Source: Schizochytrium sp. TIO01 (Eukaryota; Protista; Bigyra: Labyrinthulomycetes). Taken from it: a stretch of DNA of 64,000 bases. Shown here one piece after another: positions 58,642 through 64,000 of the stretch (within the stretch, counting starts at the first letter, position 1; the number at the start of each line of letters is the position of its first letter). The position numbers and the translations under genes were made by a program. Where the stretch lies: positions 925,648 to 989,647 of the forward strand of contig SMSO01000014.1 of NCBI GenBank assembly GCA_004764695.1, read 5' to 3'. A model generated the notes under the pieces. That model did no database searches, was not told where the DNA came from, and worked only from the letters and a program-made list of their open reading frames with translations.

Positions 58642-60135
58642 ATGAAGTCTACATTAAACAAATGTCTTGCAGCGTTTGCCACTATTGTGGCGCTTAGTAC
58701 GCCTGCCGAAGCTTCAATTTTCTCTTTTGAGAACGAAACTATGTATAGCGGATACATGACTGATTTTATCAAGGACATGCCCATGTTTTCTCGAAGCGAT
58801 AGCCCCGCATGGATCGGAGGCCTTTCAGACCCTTACATTAAGGTCTCTGTCACGGTTCGTCCTCCTGGTGATGATTCTCTGAAGTCGCTCGTCGAGGACG
58901 CTGAAGGAGAGGTTGTCCTAAAAGTATTGCATGGGTGGAGCGATGATGCTCTCTCATCAGAAAGTCAAATGGAAGCTTCTTGCATTGACCCTGTCCCAAG
59001 CAGTTTCAAGGACTCGGAGTCCTGGGAACTCAAGCTCACAGCTAGCCAGGGTGACCCTAGATACCTTGACGGTTCTTATTCTTTCAAGGTAACAGAAACT
59101 GCCTTTCATTTGATTCTTATTTACAACTGCCTCGAGGACGATATCTTCATGGACGTTACATTTGAGTACTACAACCCGTACGGCTATTTGAGTGGATGGA
59201 CTTTCGGAATCCTTCCCATGTCAGGCTTCCTTTGTCTAGGTTACTCTATATTGGCCGTTTTTTACATTGGGCGCTGTGTACAAAATCGTGAGCACATTCT
59301 AGGCCTTCAAAAGGCTATTGTCGCAGTTATTATCATGGGCTTGGTGGAACGTTTTGCACAGTTCATGACTTATCTCGAGATGAACGAGAGTGGTGCTAAG
59401 TCGTGTTGTCCGATGCGTGCTGACCTCACTTTTTCTTCCGCACTTTCGGTACTCAAAAGAAGTTCAAGTGCACTTTTACTCTTGGCCGTTTGCCTGGGCT
59501 TTGGTGTTGTCAAGCCGCGTTTGGAGCGTAGCACAAACCTCAAGATTTTCGCTTTGGGTGTGATTTACACTTTTTCCTCACTTCTTCTTGACTTTCAGCG
59601 AATTGCTGATATTAGCAAGCACGGCCGCCCTACGGAGCCTCTCTACTTTTCATCCTTGATTGTCAGTGTTTGTGACGTAATCATTCTCTTTTGGATCTAC
59701 TTTGCAATGAGTGAGATTCTCTACGAGCTCCGCGAGGCTCAGCAAATTGTCAAGCTTGGCATGTACCAACGCCTTGCCCGCGCTCTCTCCTTTTGGGCCT
59801 TCACCTGGATGATTTTCACCATCCTTGAAATGCTGGTGCTACAACAGACTCTTGAGATCTCGTGGAGGTACTGGTACGTGCTTGTTTCCTTCTGGGATCT
59901 CTTCTTCCTCGGAATTCTTTTGCAAATCTGCTACATTTGGGCCCCCTCAGCTCTCACTGCGCAATATGCTTACAGTCAACAGCTGCCAACATCAGATGAC
60001 CTTGACGAATTTGACCAAGTTGGCCTCGAGATGCAGACTCCAGATACTGCTGCTGAGTTTACAATCGACGATGATGACGATGATGAGGACGGGCTTGGCC
60101 ACCGCATCGGTGACGATAAGCTTGTTCGCCACTAA
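58642..60135 (+). CDS. TMEM87/GPR107-like GOST-family seven-transmembrane protein
   Basis: Signal peptide, lumenal domain, NPYGYLS, LKRS..LLLAVCLGFGVVKPRL, KLGMYQRL, IWAPS and an acidic tail. Confidence 0.9.
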   Translation: MKSTLNKCLAAFATIVALSTPAEASIFSFENETMYSGYMTDFIKDMPMFSRSDSPAWIGGLSDPYIKVSVTVRPPGDDSLKSLVEDAEGEVVLKVLHGWSDDALSSESQMEASCIDPVPSSFKDSESWELKLTASQGDPRYLDGSYSFKVTETAFHLILIYNCLEDDIFMDVTFEYYNPYGYLSGWTFGILPMSGFLCLGYSILAVFYIGRCVQNREHILGLQKAIVAVIIMGLVERFAQFMTYLEMNESGAKSCCPMRADLTFSSALSVLKRSSSALLLLAVCLGFGVVKPRLERSTNLKIFALGVIYTFSSLLLDFQRIADISKHGRPTEPLYFSSLIVSVCDVIILFWIYFAMSEILYELREAQQIVKLGMYQRLARALSFWAFTWMIFTILEMLVLQQTLEISWRYWYVLVSFWDLFFLGILLQICYIWAPSALTAQYAYSQQLPTSDDLDEFDQVGLEMQTPDTAAEFTIDDDDDDEDGLGHRIGDDKLVRH

Positions 60136-61262
60136 TTAGATACAAAAGTCATGCATTGCACAATGTGGTGCTGCTGCATGAGTTCCTTCTGTTCGCCAGC
60201 ACGAGAATATCGTGTATGCAACAAGAAAAAAACCTAAAGATTACTCGAGAGCAAGTACCTCACAGACCAAGCCGTTCGCTTTGGATGACATCATAATAGG
60301 CCTAGCTATGCTTTGAATGCATTACAAGAAACACTTGCACCAAAGCAACGGCATTATCAAGATCAGAAAACCTTGAGAAGAATAGGTTGTGTTTCTTTAA
60401 AACAAACCGTTTCTTGTCCCTAGACATGAACCCAGCAACTACTACTTTAGCTTAAACCTATCCGGTATAACATGATTTTTTTTTTTCCCTGTCCACAATG
60501 TTGAGTTCTTTCACTTGAGGGTCAGTCAGTTGTTTTTTTCAGCCTCAATGGAGTTGAATGAAACTGCTACTCAAATGTTATCCGCGTCTTTAGTAGTGCT
60601 AGAATATGTGCAAGTAATCTCCATTTCAAATCTTTTGTTGATTATAAACATTTAAACGTATATAGATAGATATGAAAGTTTGAGCCTTTGCACCGACAGT
60701 TGATGAAACAAAATCAATCTTGCGCCAGAAGTGTTATTCTATTATTGATCGATTAATGGTACAAAGCGAGCCTTCACTTCGACTATAACTTTGAAGTCCA
60801 TCACAGGAAACCTAAACGAAAAATAGTACTGGTAAATCATGAAGATGATAAGCATTACTTGGATACATGTCGCTGTTGTGGGCCTCTGCAAAGACTGATT
60901 CCTCTAGCTGGTGTCATAGTGTTCCTATTCCTCAAGCACCCTTTGAAGGTCTCAAAGATGTCTACGAAGTGTTTACAATGTTGCTCACAAGGTTTAATAA
61001 ATCAAAGTTGAGATTTCTTTGAAGACAACTTTGTGACGATACTCTCAGTAGCGTATGAAATCACTACACGAGCAACATGCAAAGTTTTTGCGAATGGAGA
61101 GGAGCAGATCCACCTCCTCCAATAAAATGTGTGGGTCATGAGAAAGGAATACTTCGGGGGCAGAAGCTGAGCACTACTAGGTTTAATCATCTGTCATATG
61201 TCGCAACTCACCAGCATCCAGCTGTTTTATTTTCCGCAACTTGCGTATGTAGTACATTGGCA

Positions 61263-61641
61263 CTTTTCCTGGGATCTACAATTTACAAGTGACTTGAAAC
61301 TTGTATTGTTGTTAGTTCAGAATTTCTAGTAGTTAACTTAGCTACATGACGTAAAAAATGAAGAGATGTCGCATGAAAAAAACATGAATGGAAACCAATA
61401 CTTATGTAGTGAAAAATCTACAGCACTTACTCACGTGTTTTGTAAAGTGTAGTGACTCTTTTTCTGAGATCTAAAATTTGCAAGTGACTTGAAACTTGTG
61501 TTGTTGTTAGTTCAGGATTTATGGTACTTAACTTAGCTACGTGACGTCAAAAATGAACAGATGGCGCATGAAAACAACATGAATAAAAACCAATACTTAT
61601 ACAGTGAGAAATCTACAGCACTTACTCACGTATTTTGTAAA
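61263..61641. repeat. Imperfect tandem duplication, period about 195 bp
   Basis: GATCT..AATTT.CAAGTGACTTGAAACTTG...CACTTACTCACGT.TTTTGTAAA occurs at 61273 and again at 61468. Confidence 0.93.
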
Positions 61642-62263
61642 TTGAACAAAGACAAAGTACTATTCCGACTATTTTCTTATTGACCTACATGTCGCATCGC
61701 TGGACTGCATTTGTCATTCAGAAGAATCAATTAACAATCATCAGCGTTGGTTTAAATTGCAGACGTATTGGATAGCTTGCACCACAGAATCCAGTATTTG
61801 TCTCGAAAAAATGGACAATAGCTGAAATTTGAAATGAATCGCATTTTTTTCACATGAGTCTATGATAACTGCCATGCAGTCAACGCAAGTTAAGCCGAAA
61901 TTATCCGAATATGTATTGTATATGTCTGGTAACGAAAATAATAGACAGGGAATAAAAAGTCTACTGACAACAGCAACGCAAGAAGATGCAACGTTTAAGA
62001 GTCTTTGTATCTACTGGAATATAAAGTTGATGGGAAGTAGACCTCAAGAATCAATGAGTGGTTTGCAGCTACTCTTGCCCCAAGCCTTACAGCTCAGCCA
62101 TCTTTTATGCAAATGCCTTGTCTAATAATCCAAATCTTATATATCCAGAGAGAAGACATGGTTCATATACTTTATATAAAGTGGTAATGGTTACAGCGGC
62201 ACGTGCTTGTATTTATTTATAGCAAAAAAGGAATAGGATTGCACACTTTCCGAATCTGAATAA

Positions 62264-62302
62264 GGCTGCCAGCTCTTGGCAGCCATTCAAGAGCTGGCAG
62301 CC
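62264..62302. repeat. Perfect 15-bp inverted repeat with 9-nt spacer
   Basis: GGCTGCCAGCTCTTG (62264-62278) pairs with CAAGAGCTGGCAGCC (62288-62302). Confidence 0.9.
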
Positions 62303-64000
62303 ATTCAAACATGTGCTCGGCACACAAGTGTCCGGACTCTTTGATGCGTCTATGAAATACATATGTCAAAACTCTAGTACACAAAATACGTCAAGATGCA
62401 GCAAGCTCGTCGTTTTAGGAATACAAATTCATACAGTTGATAAATGAACAATTTTTTCGTGTCTTATTCAAGTAAAGCAGCTAGACAATACCTTCTAGCA
62501 GTACTGGGGGGATCGATATTCCTTGATTGACCAGAAAACTTGCAGGAAATTCAACCTGCCAAGCGTCGTTCTGTTTCTGTTAGTTCTCTGATTCACAGAA
62601 GAGAAGAAAATAGTTTCATTTAAAAAGCATTTGTCCCACAAGGCGAACGTTCTAGGACATAAGAGGTGAAGTTGCTGAATTCAGCTGGTCGACACAGTCC
62701 TGTATCTCTGCACAGCTCCATTCATGGTAGAAATACTTTGCAAGATTCAGAAGAGTCGAGTTGGTTTGCTGTGCAGCCGCCATGCAGGGTCAAGGGAAAA
62801 GTCGTGATGAATCAAGGGATTTCAGCCTGGGTGCTCATACCTTTCAGCTGTTTTGGAGAGACAAATGAGCTTGATTCGATACCTGCCCACGAGCTGGTCG
62901 ATGCTCCTCAGACGCGAACAAATTCGAGACGGGGCATGGAAATAGCGAACTTTTTATCAAACAAAGGATGTTAGCGCACGAGTAGTGTTTTGAGCCCACT
63001 ATACAGACGTTAACAAACATATCAAACAAACGTGCTGTACGTGCCGGCAGCACCTTTTAAATATATAATGTTTATCATGGCACGCGCAGCACTTTTCATA
63101 TCCATTCATAATGTAATCGAAACAGATCGCCATGCCTCCGAGGATCGGCTTCCGGATTCACATGGATCCATTCGAATGGTTGGTAGTAGTCGCGGTATTC
63201 ACTTCCATGTGCCACTCAAGATGCCTACTCCCCAATCCAAGGCCCAGATTGAGGCGCGCGTCAAAGTATTCATCCGCGCAACCTTCGAAATTGTAGCGAC
63301 ATGAGCGTGAGTAGCTAGCAGCTTCTTTCGCCTCACCGTGCAGCCCAGAACGTCGCGGCGCCACTGCTGGTAGGACTGCACAAGATCTCTGCACCTCCTG
63401 CTTCTTGACTCGTGCTCTTAGAAATGTGCCTTTACAGTAGCCATCACTCCTCGCCTCGACTCCAAGCTGTCCAAGCGTGCTTGTGGCCCCCCTGACGCTC
63501 CCAACTACCAACTACCGAATCTTCAGATTGGCCCACAGTGACCAGATCAAGTGTGCACACCTCCATTGATTGATCAGCATCTTTTCTTGATCAAACAAAA
63601 GCGCCCACAGAGCTCTTGGTTTGGAACTAAAGAAAAGGAATAAAAACTAAAAATTAGAATGAGGGAAGTAGATTAAAATCACAAAAAGGAGGTACCAGTC
63701 AACTATTTCCAGGTTTTCGAAATTGTCATGATGGCACTTGAGCAGCATCGAGGCACCAGCTAGCTTAGCTAGGTACCTACAAGTTTGTTGAAAGAAGCAG
63801 TCGCGCTGCGTTTGAGGATTGTTACGGCAATACGTAGTCTTGCTGTCGGGAGATCTTGACTTGTAGAACGCAGGTTTTACTTCGTACGTGCCTGCCTACC
63901 TACCGCTGCGTATCGAGCGACGAGAGCGGAGCTTTTTTGCGAGTCGAATTGTTTGAATACCTGCGATTACTTAAAGGTTTTACAACAAAAAGAGTACCTT

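Noticed and set aside
49237-60135. MIOX, Popeye-like, ATG8 and TMEM87-like genes as a functional cluster
   Set aside because: The functions are unrelated, and eukaryotic gene order alone gives no support.

Overview
Gene-dense, intron-poor eukaryotic genomic DNA, not prokaryotic: it has GT-AG introns, microsatellites and typical eukaryotic genes (ATG8, GINS3, ZNF598/Hel2, BCNT/Swc5, CFAP20-like, TMEM87-like, MIOX). A stramenopile protist such as a thraustochytrid/labyrinthulomycete is plausible, but this is inference only. About 19 protein-coding genes can be supported. I saw no rRNA, tRNA, CRISPR array or intact transposon. Highlights: (1) a 1335-aa protein combining MSP, TPR, ubiquitin-like and coiled-coil regions with a C-terminal kinesin-like domain that has lost its P-loop and switch motifs (Vik1/Cik1-like pseudo-motor); (2) two large genes each split by a single reading-frame shift; (3) a Popeye-domain-like membrane protein; (4) an ATG8 whose cleavable tail carries an AIM/LIR-like motif; (5) a tandem cathepsin Z-like protein with a dead N-terminal domain; (6) a P1B-2 ATPase with a Cys-Cys/His-rich N-terminus; (7) two bacterial-like genes, a ChrR cupin with a presequence and a SAM methyltransferase. 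All family calls are by-eye motif recognition; no database search was run.
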